From Selaginella moellendorffii (lineage: Eukaryota > Plantae > Lycopodiophyta): 64,000 nucleotides of DNA. Positions 47,500-60,453 of the stretch are shown here, in pieces. The position numbers were made by a program, and so were the translations under genes. Position 1 is the stretch's first letter; every line of letters begins with the position of its first letter. The notes beneath the pieces were generated by a model. That model worked only from the letters and a program-made list of their open reading frames with translations. It was not told the DNA's origin and searched no databases. The stretch lies in NCBI RefSeq assembly GCF_000143415.4, contig NW_003314314.1, positions 1,307,771 through 1,371,770 on the forward strand, read 5' to 3'.

Positions 47500-49635
47500 C
47501 ATTCGCAATAAAAAAAGACAAATCCATCAACAAAAAGACTAAGTCCACTAGTAATACAAGGAATACTATTTGTTACAATTGCGGCGAGATTTGTCATTTC
47601 TTGAAAGAATGTCTTTACCTAAAGAAGGCTAGGATCAACATGACCATTAAGTTGGGTGAAGCCTAAACTAAGGTATATCTAACCCCTAGCTCAAAACTAT
47701 TTATTATATAAGCAAATTTGGTAAACAATCACTCATAACATTTACTAGCCCTCCAAGGGAAGCCGGAAGGTAGTTTCATTTAGAGCCTTATTGACATTAG
47801 TGTAACTTGGTTGTAAACATACTCTAATAAACTAGACTAATTATATAGCAACTAGAAGAACTAAAGACTATAGAGTTTATTCAATGTAGCTAAAGCATTA
47901 ATGAGGTACTTCAGCAAACACAAGTTAAAGTAGGGATATAAAAAGTGGATAGGGATTTCACCATTTTAAATATAACAAAATTTGATATGATCTTTACAAT
48001 GGATTGGTTTAATTGGTTTCTAGTAACCTTGCATGGCAAAGGTAGGAACCTAGTGGTAGTAGTAAATGCCTTTGGAGAATTATCTAAGTTGGAAGACAAG
48101 GATCTAAAGATAAGGCAAAGTAAGTCCAAACACTTTTGCTTAAATCTAGTATCCACAAGAAGACAATTCACTAAAAGAATTAAAGTGGCATTTTTATGTT
48201 TACTCTTTATGAGAAGCGATAAAAAATGGAAACAAAAGAAGTGCCTTTCATGATTCAATAGATGTTGGACTAATTTTGAAATGACTTGCTGGTGGGATTA
48301 CCTCTGCTTGATTGATAGAACATAAGATTATGTTGGTTGAGGGTGCTAAAGTAATGGTTCATACCCTTTATCACTTGAATGAAAAAGAGCTCAAAGAACT
48401 TAAATGTTAACTTAAGGAGTTGGTTGATAAAAGGTATATTACATTGAGCAATTCATCATATAAAGCTTAATGTTATTTGTGAAAAATAATGATAGGTCTA
48501 TATGCATGTGCATAGACTATTGGTTGCTCAACAAGTATACAAAAACAAATAAGTACCCTTTACCAACAATTGAGGATTTATTTGATAAGTTAGGAAAACT
48601 AAGATACTTCTCTTGAATTAACCTAAGGTCATGATGATAGTACTAGATCAAGGTAATATAGGAAGATGTTGAAAAGATAACTTGTCAAATGAGGTATGAA
48701 AGCTTTGAGTCTATAGTGATACTCTTTAGGCTATATAAAGTGTCACAACTTTATCTTTATACCCTATATAGATCACTTTTTAGTCATCTACATTGATGAT
48801 ATCCTAATTTATAGCAAAACCCTAGAGGAGCATGCTAAGCATTTAACAAAAGTGTTTGAGAAACTAAGAGAACACAAGTTGTACACAAAAGAGAGCAAAT
48901 ATCACTTTCCTTAACAAAAGGTAAAATTTGTTGGGCATGTAATAGGTAAAGTATAGGCTCAAAATGGACTCTGAGAAAGTACAAACAATTTAGAAATGGG
49001 TGTAACCATCAAATATATATGCATTAAGGGCATTTCTAAGGCTATAAAATTTAGAGTTGCTCACCCCTTAATGTAAAATGGGAAAGGGAAGATGGTATGG
49101 ATAATAGGATACAAAGCAACATTTATCCACCTGAAAGGAAGGTTGAAGAAGGCTTTCATATTAGTGTTACTAGACTTTAGTAAAGATTTTGAAGTAAAAC
49201 TAAATGACTTTGAGGTAAGATGTATAGGACTAGATAAAGATATGCTCAACATGTCAGTAAGTAAAGGCTGTGACTAAGGCTAGTGGGGGCTTGATTGTCT
49301 ATGGAAATGTCTTACAATGAACTTTATTACAGAACTCTCCTCAAGTGAGGGGTTTGATGCTATATTTATGGTGGTAGATCAATTTTAAAAAATGGCATAT
49401 TTAATACCCAACACAATGGAAATTGATATGGAAGGTATGGCGACATTATTCTTTGAAAAAATGGTTCATGTTTAGGGAAGGCCAAAAGAAATTATCTCAG
49501 ATTAAGATAAGATATTCACTAATAAGTTCTGGAGAACACTCTTGAAGTAGTATCATACCATATTAAATTCATCATATCTTATCATCTATAAACTAGTATT
49601 AAACATTAAGTCAAGTCATATGGTAATAACAATTT
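47500..49635 (+). mobile_element. Highly mutated Ty3/gypsy gag-pol remnant
   Basis: CYNCGEICHFLKEC zinc knuckle. PR, RT and INT remnants homologous to 17800-20128. Confidence 0.75.
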
Positions 49636-50730
49636 TGTAAGTGATTAAATTTCCATTCCATTTTTGTCACTTAAACACACCTTTGACCACTTGAAGGAGT
49701 CTCACTCACAACCTCCATAAGTCTTATTTCTAACTTGAGGACATGCTAGCCCCATAAATGGCATTTATGCCACTCAGCCTTTGCACTTAGTCCATGTGCT
49801 CCATGTGTCTGATCCACGACAGACACTCAAAGGTACCATTGATATATCAATCTATTACCATATCCTATAGCTATGTCTATTGACTTTTGTCTCATGGGTA
49901 ATCCAAAACCACCCATACCACAATCTTGTCTTTCACACATTGGGCCCTCTGTCCATGAGTGGTCATCCCAAGACCACACCTTAGCATAAGATATGAGGAA
50001 CACCCTTCCCCAATATCCTTCTTCAATCCTCACCAAGTCCTTTTCCATCCATAGTTGTGCTCACCAACATCGCCACTAGGTGAAAGGCCTGACCACTAAG
50101 TCCCATTGACCTTTGAGACTTCCTTGCCACGTGACTGTATCCTTGTGGGTACTCTCCCTACCTTCTACCTCTGGGTGCCCTAGCCATGTGGCTAGAGCGA
50201 GGTTCTGATGAGCCACTCCAGGTATCCAAGTAGGTAGTGCCACCCACACTTGGATTGGGAACATCAGTCATTCAATCTCCTGGGGGAGCTAGAGTCAGCT
50301 CTTGAACACTTCACTAAGCTACCCTACTTGTCCATCCATGTTCATTCTAGCCTTCAATTCCTCAATAGTTATATCATCACCCACTATGTGGGTATAGCCT
50401 TCCTTGCTCACATTAACCTTTTCTACCAAACTGGTTCCATTGGAGTCCTCCCCCTACTATTCTTTTGGAGCTCACCAAACCCCCCTGGGTCTGGTAGACA
50501 ATCACTTTGGGCTTTCACCCTTGGACTTACACTCAAACTCAGACTTAGACTCAAACTTGAACTCAAACTCGTTCTTGCTCTTGGTCTCAGTTTTGGTCTC
50601 AGTCTCCATCTGGTTAAGGATCCTATCCCCTTACACCCTAAGCCACCTTTAGCCAGTTGGCTTAGGGTGTAAGGGATAGGATCCTAACAATCTTAGACTC
50701 AACCTTGGGCTCCATCTCAGACTCCTCCAA
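49636..50730 (-). mobile_element. Diverged, truncated LTR-A-like sequence
   Basis: Colinear similarity to 28185-29300. Confidence 0.7.
50611..50689. repeat. ~79-bp foldback (MITE-like) insertion
   Basis: Arms of about 30 bp: AGGATCCTATCCCCTTACACCCTAAGCCA and TGGCTTAGGGTGTAAGGGATAGGATCCT. ATC is duplicated at the flanks. Confidence 0.7.
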
Positions 50731-50739
50731 GAAAGAAAT

Positions 50740-52092
50740 CCACATGATAAATGTCTGTGAGATAAAAAGTCTCAACAAGTGTGGTTTTGCCAACCAACAC
50801 TTCCAGCCCCTTTACAAAAGTTTTCATTGTCATCTCGCATTGCAAATTTTGCAACTTTTTAATATCCAACTTACTATCATTAGAAGATTTACTATTCTTC
50901 TTGCTCTACTACTTGTTCTTCAACTATGGATAATCAACCTTCTAGTGTCCAAGCTCATCACAATGATGACAATCTTCCCTATAATTCATCACAAATAACT
51001 TTTGCTCCCTTTGCATCTGAAATAGTCACCACAAATTTCAACTTATGATGTTTTTTCCCATCCTTGTGATCATGGCAATCATCACAATGTTTCTCAACTG
51101 AAAGACTCTTTGAGTGCATGATAGACTTTGCTTGTCATTGTTAAGTCAACAACCCACATCAAATAGCTCTTCCAAACTCTTTGTATGTTGGTAATGACAC
51201 AAGGGCTGTCTCATGCTCTCACTATGAAGGCCATTAATGAAGTACTCTTACTCTTATTTAGATCTTTCATTGGAACATGAATCAAGTGAGTAAGCTTCTC
51301 AATATAGTCCCCAAGCATTATTTTCCCTTGCTGAAAATGTCAAAGTTCCATACAGACATTCTCAACATCATAGTGAATGGCAAAAGATAAACAAAAAGCA
51401 ACCTCAAACTCATCCATAGTAAACACTGGTGGTTTTTTGTCCACAACACAAGACTCCTCAAGACCATTGAAGACCCACATCATGCAAAACCATTGAAATA
51501 ACCACTAAAGCCTTCGCATCTAGAGTTCCTTTGGTAGCCAAGAACTTCTTCAGATTGGCTAGTCAAGCCAAACACTTGTCCATGCCACCATCACCAAAAA
51601 AAGTTAAAACTATGAGCCAATCCACCAATTATGTTTTACTTGGAGCAGCAGCCTCAAGTGCTTCAACACACCCACACATGGTAGCCATCATGCCATGCAT
51701 CTCCTCTTGCATCCCTTGCTGATTTTTTTGAGGGCTAGTAGCTCATGAACATCATGGATAGTCCAAATCTCTGTAACTCTGTCAGGACTACCATTGGCAC
51801 CACCATTGATATTAGGATTCCAGTGTTCATCTTAGTTGGCCATCGCAACAAACTCCTCAGATACCAATGTTATAATCTGGCACTAAATAACAAAGACAAA
51901 GAAGTCTAGCCTCTGTAGACTATGCTATGCCTCCTCTTGAGGTTCCTCACCACCCAACCACCCCTGAATTACCTCAAAAGCTCCACTGTGCCACTGCTCC
52001 ATAGGGTAAGTTAAGTTCCTTACTATGCCTTAACATACCCTTGAGCTTCCCTTAACCCATGTTGACCACCTGGTCAAAGCTGGCACTTAACA
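50740..52092 (-). mobile_element. LTR retrotransposon 5' remnant (short LTR 51868-52092, Met PBS, decayed gag)
   Basis: TG...CA segment, TGGTATCTGAG on the minus strand at 51856-51866, and gag-like residues (ELxHFQQGKIMLGDYIE). Confidence 0.55.
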
Positions 52093-52345
52093 ATTTTGGT
52101 AGCAGCTCCTTATTTCCCAAGAACAATGTGTTGACAAGAGATGATTTCTAGAGGCAGTGTCAATGATGATTAGTATAAGTTTTACACTGGATCCTCCAAA
52201 GATGCAACCAGTACTGGTCCAAATCACAGAAGAAAATGCTCTTGAAATTGTTCAAATTCTTTGAGGGTTGATGCACTAGGAAAGAAGCATCCAAAAGAAG
52301 TACGTAAAATAAACAGTGAGCTAGCCTCTTCCAACTCTTTGAAAT

Positions 52346-55300
52346 TTACAAAGATGCAACTGCTTCAGTCACATGCTCCAGAGGTTCTGGTATCGCCTTC
52401 TCCATGCTAAGAAGAACCTTGCATTCTTTTTCAAAAGCCAAATATTCATTTTCTTTTGCCTCATTCCACATTGCACATAGCATCAACTGTTCATCCCTTT
52501 CCTGTAGAAGAGAGTAAAAAATTAAATACTAAAAAACCTTCAGATAAGTACTCTTTGATCGTATTCTTGCTTCTGTCGTTTCTCAATTTCTTGAAGGCGT
52601 TCTTTTTCTCGGCTCTCAACATCCTCTACCCAAGCTTGCTGTCTGTCAAGAAACTTTCGCACCATGGATTTCTAATAACATAGGTGACTAGAATCATGGA
52701 CACAACCCTTGACGCAGTCTTTACCTCCCTGTGCACCATTCGTCGAAGTCGTCTAGGAATTTCCATGATATGTAAGATTCCTTGGATATCGCCCACGGCC
52801 AGCATCTGAGGAGCTGCTTAAAAGATGGTTTTAGTGAGGACGTTAAATTTGTGAAACTACTTACATTGCAATGGCCAAAACTCCATTGAAGTGACTTGGC
52901 AAGATCCTATCGATGCCAGCGCTGATGGTTGATGACTATGATCGATCAGATCCCACACTTCTATACTACCATCAATACGACCAATGTAAAGAACTCCTGG
53001 TCGTGATGGACTCCAGCAGCCACAAGTAAGGTAGCCTTCGGCTGATCTTGAAATAAATATTGGTTTCTGGGAAAAGACAAATAAGTCCATATATTTCCTG
53101 CACTAGTTCTATACCGAGAAATCATTTTTCCACAATGCGAAGGTCCAAATGTCAACTGAGAGGAGTACATCCTCGTAAAATGGCGAGCGTTGGAGGGCAC
53201 GCACTTGTCCAAAATGCGACTGTGAAATGTCCTGGATTATCTTGTCCTTGGGAACATTGAAATCCGCCCGCAGCACTTCACCAAACTGAAAAGTGTTTGT
53301 TATGCCGATGAACAAAGCCTATAAAAGTATGGGCACCTCAGTGCTACAGAAAAACCGCGAATCTGTAGCAATTGTCATCTTTAGCAGTCCCATAATTCGG
53401 CGTGGATCGCCACCCACCAGGTCAATTTGCAAAGCAGGATCCCATCTGTACTTCTGATTGGAAGTATCCGCTGCTTTTCTTTCGTCATCACTCCCAGCAT
53501 TACGATTTAAGTCAACATCAGTAATGTTCCAAAATATAGCCTGTGGAAGTGAGATATATATTTTCTGTAAACAACATGAAGTACCTTCCCGTCTGCCCCT
53601 ACAGAAACAAGTACTTTAGTGCTCTGTGAATGACCTTTTGATATTTGTCCATTTGCATCGAGCTGCAAGACCGGCACAATGCTTTTGTCGAGCATTAATT
53701 ATGGGCTACCTGCAGGTAATCCGGCAGCCAATGAAGGTCTGATACTATCGCGTTATGAGATCTTGCAGCAGAACTAAGTAGGTGGCAAATGACAATAGGA
53801 GCCTTCTTTTTTTCTTTGTCCTTGCCTTGGTCTGCTTGGTCTGATGATTCTTTTTCTTTTGCTTCCATATGCATTTGAGCTGCTGCAATGTCCCAGATAA
53901 TCACCTATATAGGTTTCAAATTGCTAAGATCACACGGAAACCACGTACATATAACAAAACCTGGCCATTGTAACAGCCTCCAGCCACAAATCGGGGATTC
54001 GACTGGTTGAATCGTAAAGAAAAAATGTCCGAAAGGCATTCAAGTATTATCTGCAGATAACTATCAGCCTTTTGAAAGGAGAAGTGGAAAGGAAGTGATA
54101 CTTGAGGTCGAATAGGGTCCACGAAGCTCCAAATAAGTACAAACGAATTGCTAGGTTTTCCTGTAAACTGAAGCCTTTCATCATATGCCCGTGAATCGGA
54201 ACATGAAGCTGCAACTACACCCTTTTTCCCAGGCATCCAATCAATTGCAGAAATCATTTTTCCTTTGCTATATAGTAGATCAGAAAATGCTTGAAATTCC
54301 TGACCAAATCCAGCAAGGGCTGTTTGATGGATTGGATGACGACACGAGATCTCACCGTTATAACACTGATTGTTTTCTGTCCTGCATGCTCGTCTTCCTC
54401 CCCAAAGCTTGCAAAGTCATCTTCAAATAAGTCCAGAACTTCGTTTTGCTGCAAAGCATCTACATATCTGCAAAGAAAATGCTGTTAATGACCAGATAAA
54501 TTCAGTGGGCTTACCTTGGCTTTGATGAATCCAGAAAGGCACACATGTGATCACTGTCAAGAATGATCTTTCTGTTCTCATCAGTCAGCATTCGAGGCTG
54601 ATATTGTATACAGTTGTTTCGAGACACCTCCCTGTGATCTATCACTTTACCTTAGCGGCACAGAAAGTCTTACTTACTGGTCTGTTTGAGACGCACAGTC
54701 TCGAGTGATTGGAATTGACTGTATTCCAATGTCTTGTTCAGCCAAACACTTGTCATATGCTGGATCTTTGAAAGGACGGCATTCCATTTGTCCACTACTA
54801 AAAGTTTCCTGTGATAAAAAATGTTATTAACATGTGGAAATGTAATTTTGAAGTTATAACCATGGAATCTCGGTCACTAAATGCTACTGCACCACCAAAA
54901 TCCTTGCGCTTTCTTGTAGCCCTTATAACAATCTGCATAATTTCATATTAGCAGATAAATCTATAAAAAGATTGCCAGTCACCAGTTTCCTAGACGTGTG
55001 AGCTTGCTCTTCCGCAATCTCTTTGTCACTACCAAGATGGATCCATGGTTTTGGCTCTCTTTTCGTCACTTCAGGCTTTGATGGTGGTTTGGAAGCATCG
55101 GCTTCCATGGCTATTTCCTGCAGTTTCAAAAGGAAAGTCAAAAGAAATCAAAGTGATCCAGACCGACCTTCATTATAGCCATATGCCCGGCTTGGGTCAC
55201 ACAAATCTCAAAGTTTGTACTATCACCATACCTGTCTTTATAGCGGAGAAGTATTTCTCCTGTATTATAGGCCTGCAAGCCGTACTCTACAAGATACACA

Positions 55301-55522
55301 GAAAATTAAGTTTCTTACTTGTAACTGTGGTTTAACAGGATGAAAATCCGAGATTGCGCCACGCATTTGAATGTCGTCCATGATGACATTCTTCGGGACC
55401 TTGAAAGTGTTGCCATGTCTGGCAGATGTTTTGTCGATACTGATGATCTTGCACGTGTCATCTGTGAGATAAATAGATGCTACGCCCTCTGACCTCTCCA
55501 GGTGATGTGGGACGTCTGCCAT
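52346..55522 (-). CDS. WDR63: WD-repeat axonemal dynein intermediate chain, WDR63/DNAI3 (IC140) family, multi-exon
   Basis: Characteristic segments RGAISDFHPVK, KPWIHLGSDKEI, QQNEVLDLFEDDF, LQRSPFYEDVLLSV and WSPSRPGVLYIGRIDG. Short GT-AG introns and a stop at 52346-52348. Confidence 0.85.
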
Positions 55523-56845
55523 TAACAAACCCTAAATCAACTTTTGAACAGACTTTTTTCTAGATTTTAATCTAGAGAACCCTTGTGAAAGATGGCGGCA
55601 TGGGAAATCAGCAGGGAGAAGTTTAATACACACCAACAGGTTTTTCTATTTCTTGCACAAATAATAATTTAAAAAAAAGAGATGTAAATCATCATTAATC
55701 ACTAGGTGGACTTTAATCAAATGCTACCCTGCAGCTGCTGATGCTCCTAACACTGTTATTAATTTTATCTTTGTTACTCCTTAAAGTTTTATCTATGCTA
55801 CAGAGGAGATTAAATACTTTTCTCGCTTGTGTCTTAGAAACTCTGTTGTAAGTAGACAAATGTGCTGCACACCATAGGAATGACGATTCAGTGAGCTCTT
55901 TGCAAGATGGGAGAGGCAGCAGCAAGTCGTGCCGAGAAGGTATCAGAATAGACTAATAACAGGTTTAAAATGCTTGCATTACACTGCTTTAAATTAAATG
56001 GCAATTAAAATTTTAAGTTTTTACTAAATAAAAGTTCACTTTTTAACAAAGCTCGCCTTCACAGCAAATTTTAATGGGACTGGAAGCATGCGCTATGGCG
56101 TTGGGCAATCCCTGTATCTCTTGCGTCGTCAACACCAAAGCCCAATTCACAGGCTCATTCAATGCGAGCATAGCCGCGAGTCAATTCCTATGATTCGTGT
56201 GAGCAAGTGAGATCTGCGCCTACCATGGGCAATCGGGGGCGGCAATGTTTGACCTGGAGGCTGCTCCTCAGGTTCTATGCTGATCATCCTGCAGGGGCAA
56301 AGAGGATAGAGCAAGGCGCCATTGCGCAAGATCTCATGATGGAGAGAAGCATCATCACGATGCTTGCCACTCCCCACAACGATCACATACTGGCCTCCTC
56401 CCCTTCGCGCATGCACGCTCACGCTCGTTGCTCATTACTAACTAAACGTAAGAATTCTTACATTTAGCTAATAACACAGGAACTGAAAATTTAAAAGAGT
56501 GTTTGGAGAAATTTCTTAACTACAGCCATTAACTAGAGCCATTAAAATTTACTTAAAAGGCTGTGCCTTTTAGGTAATGGTGCCCATAAAAAGTAAAGGG
56601 TGGTTAGCTTAGCTCGATTAACTCAAATCTGTCAGGAACATGGCAAGCTGGGCACAAGACCGGGCGGTCAATGGGCGCACACCTGCCCTTGACCGTCCTC
56701 AACGGGCAGCACAAGTCAGTTAAGTGACATGTGGCTCATTTTTATTGGATTAGCATGATTCTGGAGAACTTGACCGTCCTTACAACGGTGGGCACAAGCC
56801 AGTTAAGTGACACGTGGCACATTTTTATTGAATTAGTATAACTTA

Positions 56846-57565
56846 CCTTAACAGGCTGTGGCTCTCCTGTTAACTTGATCCAGCTGTTGGTTCCCTCCCA
56901 AACGTGCTTGCCAGGCTAACGCCTGGCTTGCCTGTTCTGGGCAGGAACATGCTTGCCCTACCCTGGAACCCCTTATCTTTAAGGGCGGGGTTCCATGCGT
57001 CCCCCACCTGGAAATGTCCCCCACCTGGAAATTTCTTCACCCTGGAAAAAAAAACTCCCCTCTTCTCATGTAACCCACCCTTAAAATGCCATGTCATCAA
57101 TATAGTTTTTGCCAAGTCAGTTAATTTTGTTTTGTCTTTTTTAAGCAATGATTACTATTTTTATATGTGGCACTATTTTATTAACTTGTTCTACCAGGTT
57201 CTAGGCACCGGGAGAAATTTTCGGGGGGGACACCGGGTTCCCCCCTTTCCCCCAATTCCATTGCCATGTCACTGGTGGGATACATGGAAAAAAGGGGTTA
57301 AAAATTTCCCCCCTTGAAAAACTTCCCCCAGGGGGACACATGGAACCCCACTCTAACAGGCACCACAAGCCAGTTAAATGACACATGGCACATTCTTAGT
57401 GGATTAGTATGATCCTGGAGAACAGGTTCTCCAGAATTGTACATGGCACGTCAGCCACGTGGGTGTCTCGATTCAACTGTCAGCAACTGCGTGGAGAACC
57501 TGACTTGATCCGACGGCTGCCAACAGCTGGATCGAATTAACGGGCGAGCCACAGCCCCGTTAAGG
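56846..57565. mobile_element. Non-autonomous TIR element (MITE-like)
   Basis: Imperfect inverted repeats of about 45 bp at 56846-56890 and 57520-57565. The direct repeat CACAAGCCAGTTAAGTGACAC..GGCACAT occurs at about 56710, 56793 and 57364. Confidence 0.55.
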
Positions 57566-57769
57566 CATACTCATATTTAATTAGTGTGTCAACCTTCAAA
57601 ATGCCAATGTGTCCACCCAAAGCCATTCACGGGATCAGGTTGGCATCCAGACAGTGGGAGTGTGACAAGGAACTCAAGCTTTGTCGCTTATCAAAATAAC
57701 AATCACATCGGAAACAGGTAGCGAGAAAATGTTTCATTCATTTGAAATATAGACAGTTAAATTGATGTC

Positions 57770-59399
57770 TTACTTAGCTACCATTATTTTGATTACAGAT
57801 CCCTTTCCAATTTGGTGAATTGCGACCACTGCGTCTCCGTGGTTGCATAATCCTCTTGTGATAGCATGTCGAATGGCGGAATTAATAATTTCATCTGTAG
57901 AATCAGCATCAGCTGTAGTTGGAGAGCCTTCAGAGAGTATGGGAACAAGGCCTCTGCACACCAGGCTGTGGCGAGCCGGAGAATCGGCTGTACTCGACCA
58001 GCTTAGGCTATCAGCTTTCCAAACCGGAACTGCCACCGATAAGATTGGCACTGAGGGCCTATATTTAGACACAAGCTTAGCAGTTCCACCTGTTCGTGTG
58101 AGAACTAAAATAAGCTTAGCTCTGGTTCTAAATGCTGTCCTCACGGCCGTAGAAGCCAAGCTCTCCAAGGGGCTCATAGGCATTGGTGCATTTTTGAGGA
58201 TGACTTTGAACACAGAGCTGTAGTCAATAGATGCCTCGGCTTGAACGCAAATCTTATTCATGATTCGCACGGCATTTTCAGGATAGGCACCAGCTGCAGT
58301 CTCCCCACTAAGCATGACAGCATCAGTACCGTCCAGCACAGCATTTGCTACGTCAGTTGCTTCCGCTCTGGTTGGCCTTGGGGATTTTATCATTGACTCA
58401 AGCATCTGAGTTGCTGTTACTACGGGCTTCCCGGCAGCATTGCACTTGTATATCATCATCTTTTGTGCCAGAAATATTTTTTCAATTGGAATTTCCATTC
58501 CAAGGTCTCCTCGCGCTACCATTATCCCGTCTGTTTCTCTCAATATGTCATCGAAGTTTACTAATCCTTCTTGGTTCTCAACCTGTAATTGAACTCAATA
58601 TTTCTGCTTTTCTATATCAAATAGTACCTTGGAAATAATCTGAATTGTGGCTGCATGTTCTCCGAGAACATCTCTTATGTGAAGTATATCAGTGCCCTTC
58701 CGAACAAAAGAAGCTGCTATAAAATCTATTTTGTTTGGAATTCCCCAAACAAGGAAATCTTCCCTGTCCTTCTCTGTGATGGTTGGCAAATCTACAACCA
58801 CTCCAGGCAAGTTCACATTCTTTTTCTCCCCCAGCATGGCAGTATTCTCACACCGGCATCTCACTTGTCCGGCAGCAGGATCGCAAGATAAAACAGTCAA
58901 AGTAATTGTTCCGTCTGAACACAGTATCATATTTCCAGGCGCAACATCCTGTGGCAGTTTCTTATAACTCATCGCGATCATTTCGGTGTCACCCTTGTGT
59001 TCATAGTCTGTGGTAATTGTAAGTTCCTTTCCTTCTTGGAGTTTGATAGCCTTTCCATCTTTTAAGACCCCAGTACGAATTTCAGGTCCCTGCTCTGAAC
59101 AAGAACTTATTAACCCCTATTCAAAGTATGCTTCGGTATACCTTTGTATCAAGCATTACGGCACACATGATCTGTGTATTTGACATAGCAGCCTTTAGAT
59201 TCTCCAGAGTCTCTTGATGATACTCATATGAACCGTGGGAAAAGTTAAAACGAGCAACATTCATTCCAGTCCTCAAGAGCTTTTCCAACATGGGAACATC
59301 GCGTGAACGAGGTCCTAATGTGCAGATGATCTTCGTCTTTGGGTGTAGTCTGGGACCGTCATCAGATTCCAGAAGCTTTGCGATGTCAATGTTCGCCAT
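57770..59399 (-). CDS. Cytosolic pyruvate kinase, 3 exons (about 59399-59142, 59090-58628, 58582-57770)
   Basis: KTKIICTLGP, ARFNFSHG, MVARGDLGMEIP, ATQMLESM and PTRAEATDVANAVLDG motifs. Confidence 0.95.
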
Positions 59400-59631
59400 A
59401 TGGTGGCTTCTTTCTTTTCTCAGGCAGTCTCATAAACCATTGTAAGAGACGTGAAAAGACACAACCAGACATTACGTACGGTATTGTACATTCGTACTTC
59501 TACTGAACATCATGGACATTTCCAAAGATAGATTTGCCAAATTTTCATTTATGGTCACACCGTTGAGTCACGGCTCCACGTGTTAGCCAGCGGTTGTTAG
59601 CATCAAAGCGTCCCTGACCTTGAGGTTTTCT

Positions 59632-60453
59632 ATGGCGAATGCTGGTGATGAGGAACCAACTGAAGAGTTAGGGCAGCTGAATCACGTTCTTGTAAAACAG
59701 CTTGCATCCATACAGGCCGATGGCGACAACTTGACAAGGAGACTTTATGGTTTAAGAGCAGCAGCTGCAACCGCAACTGCGTCAGCCTATAATTCAACAA
59801 ACATCAAATCTGCCGACAGCAGTACTAGTAGCAGCTGCAGCAAAACTACAGCTGTTAGGTCATCTAAGAGGGAACTTAAGGACGCAAATTTCAATGGTGA
59901 CGTCTTTAAGCTTTGTAGACTCGCGAACCTTCTCAACGAGGAGAATGATCGATTGGAAGCACAGCTTCGGCAAGCGAGAGAGGATTGTGAGCGACAAAGA
60001 GAAATTGCCAGAAATAAAGCTGTTGAGGTAGAGGAAATGAAAATGGTATTGCAGCGACACTTGGATAGAGCAACTCTTCCGATCGCTTCATTTGGCTGCG
60101 ATCAAGAGGACCGAAGCATCTCTCTAGTATCAATTCTGGAGCAAGAGGCATTCCGCATGTTGAACGAAGATAAAGAGTCTGAGGAAAATGAGAAGAACAT
60201 TTTGAGGTCTGAAATTCAGAGACTTGCTGTGGACTTTGTCCAGGGCTTAATGAAGGTGGAAAAGGATATTCGAAGGCCTACACCAAAGAAAGTAGCCTCT
60301 CAACTGAATCTGGAATCCTTAGACCAACCGTGGTGCAACCACATTTTCAACTATGCACTCCCTGCAGCAGCAGCCTCAGGAGCACTAATTGCCATAGCTC
60401 TAACTCTTAAAATGTCATCCACTGCAGCAGCGTCTAATCGGCAATTGACATAG
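59632..60453 (+). CDS. Coiled-coil protein with C-terminal hydrophobic (tail-anchor-like) segment
   Basis: Intronless ~273 aa ORF, E/K/R/L-rich heptad-like runs, ending YALPAAAASGALIAIALTL. Confidence 0.65.
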   Translation: MANAGDEEPTEELGQLNHVLVKQLASIQADGDNLTRRLYGLRAAAATATASAYNSTNIKSADSSTSSSCSKTTAVRSSKRELKDANFNGDVFKLCRLANLLNEENDRLEAQLRQAREDCERQREIARNKAVEVEEMKMVLQRHLDRATLPIASFGCDQEDRSISLVSILEQEAFRMLNEDKESEENEKNILRSEIQRLAVDFVQGLMKVEKDIRRPTPKKVASQLNLESLDQPWCNHIFNYALPAAAASGALIAIALTLKMSSTAAASNRQLT

